From NCBI RefSeq assembly GCF_006345805.1, contig NC_042997.1, positions 67,642,001 through 67,706,000 of the forward strand: DNA of 64,000 nt, written 5' to 3'. The translations under genes and the position numbers were made by a program. Position 1 is the first letter of the stretch; each line of letters starts with the position of its first letter. Below the pieces are notes generated by a model. It was not told the origin of the DNA. It searched no databases and saw only the letters and a list, made by a program, of their open reading frames with translations. Source of the DNA: Octopus sinensis (lineage: Eukaryota). Positions 13,529-25,540 of this stretch are shown here, one piece after another.

Positions 13529-13702
13529 GTGTCAAGTGTGCAGAACAAATCTAAAAAAACCAAACATGAATCTGAATCTCTCCCTACAAATTCAGAGTCT
13601 TCTGATCAGACAAAAACTGCTCCTCCTTGTCCATCGTCTAGGTGGAATCAATTCAGTCACTTAATGGTATATACCAAAAAGGGAACTTACAGCCGAAAGA
13701 AG
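13529..13702 (+). CDS. PNKP: PNKP coding exon 3 (linker to phosphatase start)
   Basis: ttgaag|GTG; VSSVQNKSKK...RWNQFSHLMVYTKKGTYSRKK; donor AAG|gtaagt; 174 nt, phase 0/0. Confidence 0.88.
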
Positions 13703-13738
13703 GTAAGTTGAATCGCCAGAGGAAGATGTTTACATTAT

Positions 13739-15655
13739 TTGCAATTAAGAAAATTTGCCAATGTCCTGCGCCGTGAGGATGAAAGACTTGAGGTATTTCG
13801 TGTTGCAAGACAGTGTGTGACAGAGAATCGAGATGTGGTAGGAGAGAAATGTGTTCGCATGGAGGATGGTTCACTTGCGCTAAATGAGGATGCAAAGATA
13901 GAAGCTTGGAGACGCCACTATGAAAGGTTGCTGAATGAGGAAAATGAATGGGATAAAGAGAGTCTGCCGAATGTTGACCCAACAGAGGGACCAGCTATCC
14001 GAGTTGATAGTTCCGTGGTAGCTAAGGCAATTAGAAGCATGAAGACAGGGAAAGCCCCAGGCCCATCAGGAATTACTGCAGAGATGCTCAAAATATCTGG
14101 TAGTGTCGGCTATAGCATAGTCACCCGTATAGTTAACCAGGTGATACACGAAGGAGTCATACCCAATGACTGGTGTAGCAGCATAATAGTCAACTGCTAC
14201 AAAGGTAAAGGCGATGCCCTAGATACAAATAACTACAGGGGCATCAAGCTGTTGGATCAGGTAATGAAGGTTACGGAGAGGGTTATAGCCCAGTTAATTA
14301 GAGAGAGAGTTAGCTTAGATGATATGCAGTTTGGGTTCGTGCCAGGGAAAAGTACTACTGATGCTATATTCCTGGTAAGACAGCTGCAGGAGAAATACCT
14401 AGCCAAAGGTAAGCCCTTGTACCTGGCTTTTGTTGACTTAGAGAAAGCCTTTGACAGGGTCCCCCGATCCCTTATCTGGTGGTCAATGAGGAAACTAGGG
14501 ATAGATGAATGGTTAGTGAGAGCTGTGCGAGCCATGTACAGAGACGCAGCTAGTAAGGTGAGGGTTGGCAACGAGTACAGTGAAGAATTCCGGGTAGAGG
14601 TTGGGGTCCACCAAGGTTCAGTCCTCAGCCCCCTCCTATTTATCATAGTCCTCCAGGCAATAACGGAAGAATTTAAGACAGGATGCCCCTGGGAGCTCCT
14701 ATATGCTGATGACCTTGCTCTAATTGCTGAGTCACTATCAGAACTGGAGGAGAAGTTTCAGGTGTGGAAACAAGGATTAGAATCGAAGGGCCTTAGAATC
14801 AACCTAGCCAAAACCAAAGTCCTAATAAGTAGGAAGGTGGACCAACCACAAACGACTTCAGGTAGATGGCCCTGCTCGATCTGTAAAAAAGGTGTAGGTA
14901 GAAACTCTATAAGGTGCACCAAGTGTAAGCTATGGACACATAAGAGGTGCAGCAATGTCAAAGGAAGGCTAACTAAGAAAATAGTTTTTGTCTGTGGCAG
15001 ATGCTTAGGAGAAATAAACACTGGAAATGTGCAGAGACCAACTTCTACCACGTTCCAGGGAGACAAACTAGAAGTAGTTGATAGTTTCCGCTACCTAGGA
15101 GACCAAGTCAGTAGCGGGGGTGGGTGTGCTGAAAGTGTAACTGCTAGAGTAAGAATAGCTTGGGCAAAGTTTAGAGAGCTCTTACCCCTGCTGGTGACAA
15201 AAGGCCTCTCGCTAAGAGTAAAAGGCAGACTATATGATGCGTGTGTACGTACAGCCATGCTACATGGTAGTGAAACATGGGCCGTGACAGCTGAGGATAT
15301 GCGTAAGCTTGCAAGAAATGAAGCCAGTATGCTCCGATGGATGTGTAATGTCAGTGTTCATAATCGTCAGAGTGTAAGTACTTTGAGAGAAAAGTTGAAC
15401 CTAAGAAGTGTCAGTTGTGGTGTGCAAGAGAGACGGCTGCGCTGGTATGGTCATGTGACGAGAATGGCTGAAGATAGTTGTGTGCAAAAGTGCTACACCC
15501 TAGCAGTTGAGGGAACCTGTGGAAGAGGTAGACCCAGGAAAACCTGGGACGAGGTGGTGAAGCACGACCTTCGAACTTTAGGTCTCACCAAGGAAATGAC
15601 TGAAGACCGAGTCCTATGGAAGTGTGCTGTGCATGCGAGGACCCGGCAGGACTAG
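13739..15655 (+). CDS. RTE reverse transcriptase with internal PHD finger (no APE domain; 5'-truncated)
   Basis: NYRGIKLL, QFGF, FVDLEKAFDRV, GVHQGSVLSP, LLYADD, FRYLG motifs; C4HC3 at 14873-15004; frame is open from 13712. Confidence 0.95.
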   Translation: MQLRKFANVLRREDERLEVFRVARQCVTENRDVVGEKCVRMEDGSLALNEDAKIEAWRRHYERLLNEENEWDKESLPNVDPTEGPAIRVDSSVVAKAIRSMKTGKAPGPSGITAEMLKISGSVGYSIVTRIVNQVIHEGVIPNDWCSSIIVNCYKGKGDALDTNNYRGIKLLDQVMKVTERVIAQLIRERVSLDDMQFGFVPGKSTTDAIFLVRQLQEKYLAKGKPLYLAFVDLEKAFDRVPRSLIWWSMRKLGIDEWLVRAVRAMYRDAASKVRVGNEYSEEFRVEVGVHQGSVLSPLLFIIVLQAITEEFKTGCPWELLYADDLALIAESLSELEEKFQVWKQGLESKGLRINLAKTKVLISRKVDQPQTTSGRWPCSICKKGVGRNSIRCTKCKLWTHKRCSNVKGRLTKKIVFVCGRCLGEINTGNVQRPTSTTFQGDKLEVVDSFRYLGDQVSSGGGCAESVTARVRIAWAKFRELLPLLVTKGLSLRVKGRLYDACVRTAMLHGSETWAVTAEDMRKLARNEASMLRWMCNVSVHNRQSVSTLREKLNLRSVSCGVQERRLRWYGHVTRMAEDSCVQKCYTLAVEGTCGRGRPRKTWDEVVKHDLRTLGLTKEMTEDRVLWKCAVHARTRQD

Positions 15656-17960
15656 TCAGGCCATATCCCGTGGCCCCTACCTGGGACGTAGTCGATCCAC
15701 CTGTGCATACCTTCCTTCTTGTGACACTTGTGAAGACCTGCTGAGGCAAGTGAAAATCAATCAAAATAGATGAACATCAATGGAATTTGTATCTTTGTGG
15801 TACCAGTGCCTGTGGCACACAAGAAAACCATCCGAACGTGGCCGTAGCCAGTACCGCATCGACTGGCCTCCGTGCTGTGGGAACATGGTGGCACATAAAA
15901 ACACCATCCGAAGACCCGGCAAGACTAGTCAGGTCATAACCCGTGGGCCCTACCTGGGACGTAGTCAGTCCACCTGTACATACCTTCTTCTTGTGACACT
16001 TGTGAAGACCTGCTGAGGCAAGTGAAAATCAAATCAAATCAAAACAAATCAAAATAGATGAACATCAATGGAATTTGTATCCTTGTGGTACCAGTGCCAG
16101 TGGCACACAAGAATCCATCCGAACGTGGCCGTAGTCAGTACCGCTTGTGGTACCAGTGCCGGTGGCACACAAGAATCCATCCGAACGTGGCCGTAATCAG
16201 TACCGCTTGTGGTACCAGTGCCGGTGGCACACAAGAATCCATCCGAACGTGGCCGTAGTCAGTGCCGCATCACTCGCCATCGTGCTGTGGGCACATAACA
16301 AACACCATCCGGTCGTGGCCGTTCGCCAGCCTCATCTAGCACCTGTGTCGGTGGCACATAAAAAGTAGTCAGTACCGCTTGTGGTACCAGTGCCGGTGGC
16401 ACATAAAAACACCTTCCGAAGACCCGGCAAGACTAGTCAGGCCATAAACCATGGCCCCTACCTGGGACGTAGTCAGTCCACCTGTGCATACCTTCCTCCT
16501 TGTGATACTTGTGAAGGCCTGTTGAGGCAAGTGAAAATCAAATCAAATCAAATCAAAACAATCAAAATAGATGAACATCAATGGAATTTGTATCTTTGTG
16601 GTACCAGTGCCGGTGGCACACAAGCGAAAACCATCCGAAAGTGGCCGTAGCCAGTACCGCATCGACTGGCCTCCGTGCTGTGGGCACATGACAAACACCA
16701 TCCGATCGTGGCCGTTCGCCAGCCTCATCTAGCACCTGTGTCGGTGGCACATAAAAACACCATCCGAAGACCCGGCAAGACTAGTCAGGCCATAACCCAT
16801 GGCCCCTACCTGGGACGTAGTCAGTCCACCTGTGCATACCTTCCTTCTTGTGACACTTGTGAAGACCTGTTGAGGCAAGTGAAAATCAAATCAAAACAAA
16901 TCAAAATAGATGAACATCAATGGAATCTGTATCTTTGTGGTACCAGTGCCGGTGGCACACAAGAGAACCATCCGAACGTGGCCGTAGCCAGTTCCGCATC
17001 GACCGGCCTCCGTGCTGTGGGCACGTAACAAACACCATCCGATCATGGCCGTTCGCTAGCCTCATCTGGCACATGTGTCGGTGGCACATAAAAACACCTT
17101 CCGAAGACCCGGCAAGACTAGTCAGTCCACCTGTGCATACCTTCCTTCTTGTGACACTTGTGAAGACCGGTTGAGGCAAGTGAAAATCAAAATCAAAATC
17201 AAAATAGACAAAATAGATGAACATCAATGGAATTTGTATCTTGTGGTACCAGTGCCTGTGGCACACAAGAAATCCATCAGTGCCGTAGTCAGTGCGGTGG
17301 GCACATGACAAACACCATCCGATCGTGGCCGTTCACCAGCCTCATCTAGCACCTGTGTCGGTGGCACATAAAAACACCATCCGAAGACCCGGCAAGACTA
17401 GTCAGGCCATAACCCATGGCCCCTACCTGGGACGTAGTCAGTCCACCTGTGCATACCTTCCTTCTTGTGACACTTGTGAAGACCTGTTGAGGCAAGTGAA
17501 AATCAAAACAAATCAAAATAGATGAACATCAATGGAATTTGTATCTTTGTGGTACCAGTGCCGGTGGCACGTGGCACATAAGAAAACCATCCGAACGTGG
17601 CCGTAGCCAGTACCGCATCGACTGGCCTCCGTGCTGTGGGCACGTAACAAGCACCATCCGATCGTGGCCGTTTGCCAGCCTCATCTGGCACCTGTGTCGG
17701 TGGCACATAAAAACACACCATCCGAGCGTGGCCGTCTGCCAGCCTCGTCTGGCACCTGTGTCGGTGGCACATAAAAACACCATCCGAGCGTGGCTGTCTG
17801 CCAGCCTCGTCTGGCACCTGTGTCGGTGGCACATAAAAACACCATCCGAGCGTGGCCGTCTGCCAGCCTCGTCTGGCACCTGTGTCGGTGGCACATAAAA
17901 ACACCATCCGAGCGTGGCCGTTTGCCAGCCTCGTCTGGCACCTGTGTCGGTGGCACATAA
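15650..17960 (+). repeat. Higher-order tandem array in the RTE 3' UTR
   Basis: gactagtcag anchor at 15650, 15923, 16431, 16779, 17116, 17396 (spacing 273-508 bp); then about five 62-bp sub-units at 17645-17960. Confidence 0.92.
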
Positions 17961-19065
17961 AATCACCCACTACACTCTCGGAGTGGTTGGCGTTAGGAAG
18001 GGCATCCAGCTGTAGAAACACTGCCAGATCTGACTGGACTGGTGCAGCTTTCGGGCTCCCCAGACCCCAGTTGAACCGTCCAACCCATGCTAGCATGGAA
18101 AGCGGACGTTAAATGATGATGATGATGATGATGTTATATCCACCATTAATATAAATGACTTAGGGGTTAATTGGGAGTAAAATTTTGTTGAGGAGGAAGC
18201 AGGGGATATCTGCATACTTAACAATTCATTATGGTATAGCCTGAATGGAAAGCTGTCTCTCTTAGAACATGTACCAAGTGCTCTTGCCATAAAATGTCTG
18301 TTAGGCTAGTATTAATGTAATATTTAATTCAAGTGTAGATGTTGTGTGGCTGAAAAGCATTTGCATGATATTTTGGGTTTGTACCTGCTACTATAGTCTC
18401 TGATCAATCCATACCATGTGAGTGAAATTGGGTGTTGGTTTGATTGCACCCACCTGCAGAAATCGGGAAACTGGCCTTATGAGTCTATGTGACTCAGAAA
18501 GAAGCTTTACCCTTTATCATCATCATTATCGTTTAACATCTGCTTATGTGTCATTAGCTTACACTGGGCACATCTTATGGAATTTCTACCTATGCCTTTT
18601 CTACAGATCAGCAGGGCTATCTACCTGAAGGGATTTGTGATTTGTCTGCCTTCCTACCTACTAAGACTTTGGTTTTGGTTAGGTTGACTCTAAGACCCTT
18701 TGATTCTAGACCTTGCTTCCACACCTGAAACTTCTCTAGTTTTAGTAGTGACTCAGCTATTAGAGCAAGGTCATCAGCATAGAGGAGCACCCAGGAGCAG
18801 CCTGTCTTGAATTCCTCTGTTATTGCTTAAGGTTTCAGTTGGCCCAAAGCTGAGAAAATGACTCTTGGCCTATGATGCCACACTGTGGGGTTGAACTCAG
18901 GACCTCATGATGGAGAAGTGAACTTCTTAACTATTTGGTCTTACTTACCCCTATTACCTATACATATTTCATTGCTTTGAATTTGATAATATTGTATCTG
19001 ATTCTTCGATTTGTTAATTAACACAAAAGGTGGTTTTATTGATTAATTCTGTCTTGTTATTCCAG

Positions 19066-19145
19066 ATTGCTGGTTTTGATTTAGATGGAACAATAATTTG
19101 TACCCAGTCAGGAAAGGTATTCCCTCAACATTCCGGAGATTGGAA
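19066..19145 (+). CDS. PNKP: PNKP coding exon 4 (HAD motif I)
   Basis: [26 protein letters not shown](K); tccag| and |gtaagt. Confidence 0.97.
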
Positions 19146-19659
19146 GTAAGTTAATACTTAGTAAAGAAAAAAATTGTTATTAAAAGCACTCATTTGACAG
19201 GAATGGTAGAAGGTCAGCTCAGTTGCTTTGATGTATTTAGATTTATAGTTTTTGTATTCTAAGTTCAAATATTACAGAGTCCAGTACAATATTTAACATT
19301 TTTGAGGATTGCTAAAATAATTATCAGTAATGTACACAGATTAAATTTAAATAATTAATTTCCACTTTGATTATGTCCTTTGTTTCTAGTCAATAGAAAT
19401 TATTGTTTGTATTAGTAGTGTTGTTTCAGTGTCAGGCAAAATTTCTGGCAGCATTTTATTCCAGCACTTTAATGTTAGTTTAAATCTTAAGGTCAACATT
19501 ACCGTTTATTGCTTCAAGTACTGGGGTTGTTTTAATTGACTGACTGTTTCCAACTCCTAATTTTCAGACTTTATATCACTGAATCTGTAATAGAAACAGT
19601 CATTTCTTCTCAGCTCTTAATACGGTTTTGTGCTTATATTAGCAATCATTATTACTAAT

Positions 19660-20340
19660 ATTAGGACAGGGGAAGCTGGCAGAATTGTTAAAAAAATGTT
19701 TATTGGCAGAATTGGAAAAAAATGCTTTGTGGCATTTTGTCTGCCTTTATGTTCTGAGTTCAAATTCCACCAAGGTCCACTTTGCCTTTCATCCTTTCGG
19801 GATTGATAAATTAAGTACTAGCTGAGCATTGGAGTCAATGTAATTGACTTACACCTTCCCCGGAACTGCTGGCCTTATGCCAAAACTTGAAACCAATATT
19901 AGGATAGGGAAAGGCAGTGAGCTGGCAGAATTATTAGCATGCTGGAAAAAATGTTTAGTTGTATTTCATCTATTTTTATGTTTTGAGTTCAAATTCTGCC
20001 AAGGTTCACTTTGCCTTTCATCCTTTCAAGGTTGATAAATTAAAATATCAGCTAAACACTGGGCTTGATGTAATTGATTTACCTCTCCCCCAAAACTGCT
20101 GGCCTTGTGCCAAAATTTGAAACCAACATTAGGATAGGGGATACAGAATTGGTAAAGCATTGGAAAAAAAATGTTTTGCAATATTCATGTCTATATTTTG
20201 AAGTCAAAAAAAATCTCTTTGAAGTTGGCTACATCTTTCATCCTTCCAGACTTAATAAAATAAAGTACTGTTAAATACTAGTTTCAATCTAACTGCCTGT
20301 ACATGCCCCAAATATTTGTGATCTTGTGCTGATGTTAGAT
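19660..20340 (+). mobile_element. Three head-to-tail tRNA-derived SINEs (about 230-bp period)
   Basis: Repeated attagga(c/t)agggg...gctggcagaatt...gagttcaaatt (B-box-like)...ttgcctttcatcctt...aattgact...gaaaccaa starting near 19660, 19897 and 20128. Confidence 0.8.
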
Positions 20341-20386
20341 TATTGTTAATTATTAACATAATTATATCATTTTTTTTTCTTTTTAG

Positions 20387-20465
20387 AATAATCTTTCCAC
20401 AAGTTATCAGTAGATTAAAAGAGTTATTTCAAAACGGATACAAAGTTGTTCTCTTCACTAATCAA
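20387..20465 (+). CDS. PNKP: PNKP coding exon 5
   Basis: IIFPQVISRLKELFQNGYKVVLFTNQ; tttag| and |gtaagt. Confidence 0.96.
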
Positions 20466-20679
20466 GTAAGTAGTATGTGAAATGATTTATTTTATACATA
20501 ATATAAAGAGTCAGCTCAACTCTGTAGGTATAGATTCTTTGGCAAAGTTAACAATTTAGAATTGCATATTCTGAGTTAGACATGTTTTTTTGGATGTGTT
20601 TAAGCAGCTAAGCTTTGATATTCCTATTTTGTGTGGAGGCACAGACATTGGTGTGTAGTAAGAAGTGTGCACATGGTGG

Positions 20680-20910
20680 CGAGCTGGTAGAAACGCTAGC
20701 ACACCTGGGGAAATGCTTAGCAGTATTTCGTCTGTCTTTACGTTTTGAGTTCAAATTCTGCTAAGGTTGACTTTGCCTTTCATCATTTCGGGGTCGATTA
20801 AATATGTACCAGTTATACACTGGGGTCGATATAATTGACTTAATCCGTTTGTCTGTCCTTGTTTGTCCCCTCTGTGTGTAGCCCCTTGTGGGCAGTAAAG
20901 AAATAAGTAT
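20680..20910 (+). mobile_element. tRNA-derived SINE (same family; also minus copies near 34760-34980 and 35950-36120)
   Basis: ggcgagctggtagaa...gagttcaaatt...ttgccttttcatcatttcggggtcgat core. Confidence 0.78.
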
Positions 20911-22489
20911 GTACATGGTTCTGGGTTCAGTCTTACTGCAGGGCACCTTGGTAAGTGTCTTTTAGTTACTATAGCCCTGGGCCAACTTGTTAGTGGATTT
21001 GGTAGATGGAAGTTGAAAGAAGCCTGTTGTGTGTGTGTGTGTGTGTTATTACTGCATCATAGCTGTAAACAAGTGCCACTGTCATGCAAGCGGTGTCCTG
21101 CGGTTGCAATATTCATGTAATAACATATCTGATCATGGGAATCTTTTACTGTTCGTCTTCCATGAGTTGCATGGTTTGACAGGATCCGATAGCTCTGTAT
21201 GGCATCGTGTTCCAGTGTCTTCTTTAGTATGGTTTCTATTGCTGGATGTCCTTCCTAATGGCAACTATTTTACTGAGGGTACTGGGTTATTTTTTCATGA
21301 CACCAGTACTAGTGAGAATGCCATGCAGTTTGCAAGACTAATATCTCTTTCAATTGAGTGAGGCTTCCATTGAGGAGAAAACTTTATGCTAAGAAATGAG
21401 AGGTTAAAGTATGAAAGAAGGAGCAAGAACAGAACAAAGTTTCTTGCCGTGAGGAACTACATAACTACAAGATGGAAAGAGCGATAAAATAGTGTTGATG
21501 AAATGTGAGGGGGGACTCTAAAAGTACAAGGTGAATAGATTATGCAAACATGACGGACAGAATTTGTGCAGTGTTGCATTATATATATATATATATATGT
21601 AAATACGTTTTATTCAGAGTAGGGTGAATGGAGATGATTCAAGTAGGAGATCCTTGTGTTAGTCATGTCCGAATTAAGTAACAGCTTTTGCTTTTCACTT
21701 TTAATGAGAGCAATAAATTTAGTACCAGATGAAAAAAAGCACAAAATACCCCCCAAAAAACAAAAAAAAAAGCCGATAGCCGAAGTGAAAAATAACCCTT
21801 CGAGTGGTGGTGTAGCAATGCACAATGTGTGAAGTGTAAAAGAAACTAATTTTCGTACACTTCATACATAAAGGAGGTAACTCTGTGAAGGGAGATAACT
21901 TATTTCATCAACGAGATCGTGATATAGGTTAGGTGTCAGTATGGCTACAGTCCACTGGTGTGTGCGCCCATGTACACGCACCCCATTACACAAGTGAGTT
22001 AAAACGATGATGATGTACATATTTGTTTGGAGCTGAACATTCACAACTTGAGAAACAAAAATAATTTCGTCTATTTGATAGTGAGGAATCAATTGTGAAT
22101 ATTCTAAGTAGAGAACGATTTAAATAAAAGTTTGGAACAATTATCTGTACTGCATGTATTCATTACTTTTCTATTGTTTGTATACCAAAATATGTAACCA
22201 AATATGTTGACCATGTTGGCATGGGCTGAATGGTTTAACCAAGGCTGGCAAGCTGGAAGGCTGTACCAAACTCCTGTCTGATTTGGCATGGTTTCTTTGG
22301 CTGGATGCCCTTCCTAACACCAATCACTCCAAGAGTGTAATGGATTCTTTTACGTGCTACTGGCATGGGTGCCATTTGTGTAACACAGGTACCTGCCACG
22401 ACTGTATTTTTGCTTGGCTTGATGGGTCCTCTTCTCAAACATGACATAATCCCAAAGGTCTTGGTCATTGCTTCTGAGAGGTCCAACAC

Positions 22490-24767
22490 TCGAATGAATT
22501 TAGTTGTAACCCAGAGGAGGGTATAACTTTTGCATCGTTCTACAGAAGGTACAAAGACATTTTTAAGCAAGATTGCAAATCATGGTCGGATGAACAAAAA
22601 GTGAGATTGTTATTGTGAAAATTAACTCCGTTAGAGCATGAACATTACTGTAATATTGTATTGCCCAAAAAACCCAATGAAATTTGTTTTAAAGAAATAA
22701 TAGAATTACTGTCGAACGTATTCAGTGATAAAACTTTTCTATTTAATACACAAATGGAGTATTGGAATATAACGAAAAAAGGGAATGATGATTTCGTCAC
22801 ATACACAAGAACAGTCAACAGGATGTGTGAAACTTTTAAACTCAAAGAACTTACACCTGAGATGTTCAAGTGTCTTGTTTTCATACAAGGCCTTCCAGCA
22901 AATGAAGATACAGAAATTCAGGCAAGAATTCTTCCTAAATTGGAACAAGCAAACCAAGACCTAATCTTACAGTCCATGGCAGAAGAATGCCAAAGGATGG
23001 TAAACCTGAAACATGATGCAGAAAACATTCAAGAAAAGGATTCTTCAAAAATACAGATATGCCGACCGGAAAAGTACAACCAAAAAAGAGCACCACATCC
23101 TAATCCAGAAACAAAAATCAACTCCCAAATAAGAAAATTCATACATGTAAAAATAAATGGACTACATATTAAACTTCAATTGAATACTGGAAGTGATATT
23201 TCAATAATAAATATGGATACATGGAAGAAAATAGGGAAACCTATGTTGAGAAAAAAACAAATCTGCTTATAGCGTGATGGGTGACAAATTACATTTCATA
23301 GGTGAAATGGAGACTAATGTCACATTTCGAAGGAAAACCTGCAAAACAAAAGTCTTTGTTGTTAAAAATGCTACTGATTGGCTAGAATATGGGACTTCCT
23401 CATGAATCTCTATTGTAAAAATGTAAATGGTTGCCCGTCTAAAAATAATTCGTCTGAATAGTTAAAGAGAAAATTTAAAAAAATCTTTCTGCAAGTATTC
23501 TCGGACAAACTAGGTCTATGCACAAAGACCGAAAGCCCATGGTCCAGGATACATATCAACTACGCTGGACCAGTGAATGGTGCATACTATCTAATCATTG
23601 TGGATAGCTATACAAAGTAGTCAGAGGTATGGAGATATAATAAACCCACAGCAAAGACAAAGATAAAGTTCCTACTCGAGTTATTTGCTTGATACGGTGT
23701 TCCAGACACGTTAGTTTCAGATAATGAAACACAATTCACGGGATATGAATTAAGAAATTTCTGCAGAATACATGCAATGAAAAGCTAGGAATATACTAGA
23801 TAATGTTGAGGCACTAATGAAATTTTTGAGAGTATATAAAATAATGCCAAATCCAAATACTAATTCAGGAAGTCAGCAGCAAAGTTAATGTTCATGTGTA
23901 AAATAAAATCGCTCTTTGATAAATTATTGTTAGGAAAAAATACATATAAAGGAAAGACAAAAAATACATTTGAAGGAAATATAGGAAATATTAGTAAACA
24001 TTTCAAAGTAGGAGATAAAGTTCATTTTAAAAATTACAAAAATGGTAAAGAAGGTTAGGAGGATGACTGTGTAACCAAAAGATTAGGTAATATGATGTAT
24101 TTAATTTGAGGACAACAATTGGAACATAAGAGGCACCTTAACCAGTTAAAGATGAGACCTACAGAAGACCGAAGTGGAAAGTCTTCTATGATATGTTTGA
24201 AGTGCCACCACCAAGAGATATTGAACCCCATAGAGCTAGCTTCAGAAAACGAAAAAAACTGAATATCTGGAAGTAATACCTAAACAAAACAGATATTAAA
24301 TTTTCAAAAAAAAAAAAAGGTGGGGGTAACAAGAATGCTCAGTACAACAGAAAGAAAAAGTGCTGTGCGCAATGAACAATACCACTGTAAAAGTCGGGCA
24401 ACTATTAATATACAACAGCTAAAAAAAAAAAAGGAGGGAGAGGTGCTGGAAAGAAAAAATAAAAGAAATTCCACTTTCTCACAGTAGTCAAAATTTCAAA
24501 AGGGGAGATGTTGTGATGAGAGTTACAATATCTCCTTGTGAGAGATTGATTAGTTTGAGTAAAGTATAAATAACAATCCGAGTGAGTGCAGAGGTTCAGA
24601 ATTTGGAGTCGAATGAAGTTCGTGTTAGTTTGTAGTGAAGTTGTAGGTTGGTTAGTTCACAAGAAATATTGATTGTTGGTTTGTAAAGAGATTTGTTAGT
24701 TCATTACATTGTTTTTACTGTTGTCTGGTTATCTCATTTATTGTATGTAACAGATTATGTTACAACA
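22490..24767 (+). mobile_element. Ty3/gypsy relic: gag, protease, integrase fragment and 3' LTR; RT/RNaseH deleted
   Basis: ORF 22661-23272 is gag-like (ELTPEMFKCLVFIQGL); LNTGSDISII protease; PWSRIHINYAGPVNGAYYLIIVDSY integrase; PPT aaaggggaga then TGTTGT...ACAACA LTR at 24509-24767. Confidence 0.82.
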
Positions 24768-25540
24768 CACATGAAATCATCATAATTTTAGGTTTACTTC
24801 CCATACCATCTGGGTTGGATGGTTGTCATGTGAGTATAGTCTTATTAAGAGTTGCTGTCACCCTAGGTGAATTAGGGGACACATCTGGCTCATGTTTCAT
24901 CTTTGGAATATATATATATATATATGTGAAGTTATATTAAAACACTAAGATACATACGTTGACCTAATATAGTATATAGAACTCAGTTTTGTCCTGAAAC
25001 TAAGGTCAACAGGAGGTCAGACACAAAGTAAATTTTATAGCATATCAAGATTCACCATCTCTCCCTCACTTCCCTTTTGTATCTTAAACCATAGTAAAAT
25101 AAAGAAATAAGCTGGCCAAGCACAATTAATTCAGTTTGCTTTGAACCACACTTGTGGAAAAATCCTGAAAGTGCATAGCAGAATATTGCAGATTGCACAT
25201 GCAACTTCACATTCTCTGTGCAGGAGAAACACGTGTTGGTCATTTTAACCAATTATGCTGTGGAATTAACTGTTAAAATTAAAAAAAAAAATTTGAAGAT
25301 GTACCAGTTTCCGTGTTCTTTGTAATTGTTTTGGATTTACACTCCTGAAAATATTCATAATTCAGTGAAGTGAACTTTCATTTACCCATCAGTGGAATCA
25401 CAGTGGGATTTCTCATCCCAAGCAATTATTGGTGTTTCTTACTATTTGATGCGGTTTGCTGGAACCTGGCTGGACTATTCCCGAGACCTCTTATGGTACC
25501 CATCTGGATAATTTATCCCTATATATTCATCGCACACATA

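Larger units (their letters stand above)
13712..18133 (+). mobile_element. 5'-truncated RTE-clade LINE with expanded 3' UTR and (GAT)n tail
   Basis: RT ORF plus 3' UTR array ending ...cggacgttaaat(gat)n at 18133; 5' end within about 10-45 nt of the PNKP exon 3 donor; no convincing TSD seen. Confidence 0.92.

Noticed and set aside
14257-15066. Antisense ORFs overlapping RT genes (also 43364-44182, 50627-52933, 58290-59379)
   Set aside because: Shadow frames of retroelement coding sequence
15650-17960. CRISPR-like regular repeat array
   Set aside because: Eukaryotic context, no unique spacers, no cas genes; units are internal to an RTE 3' UTR
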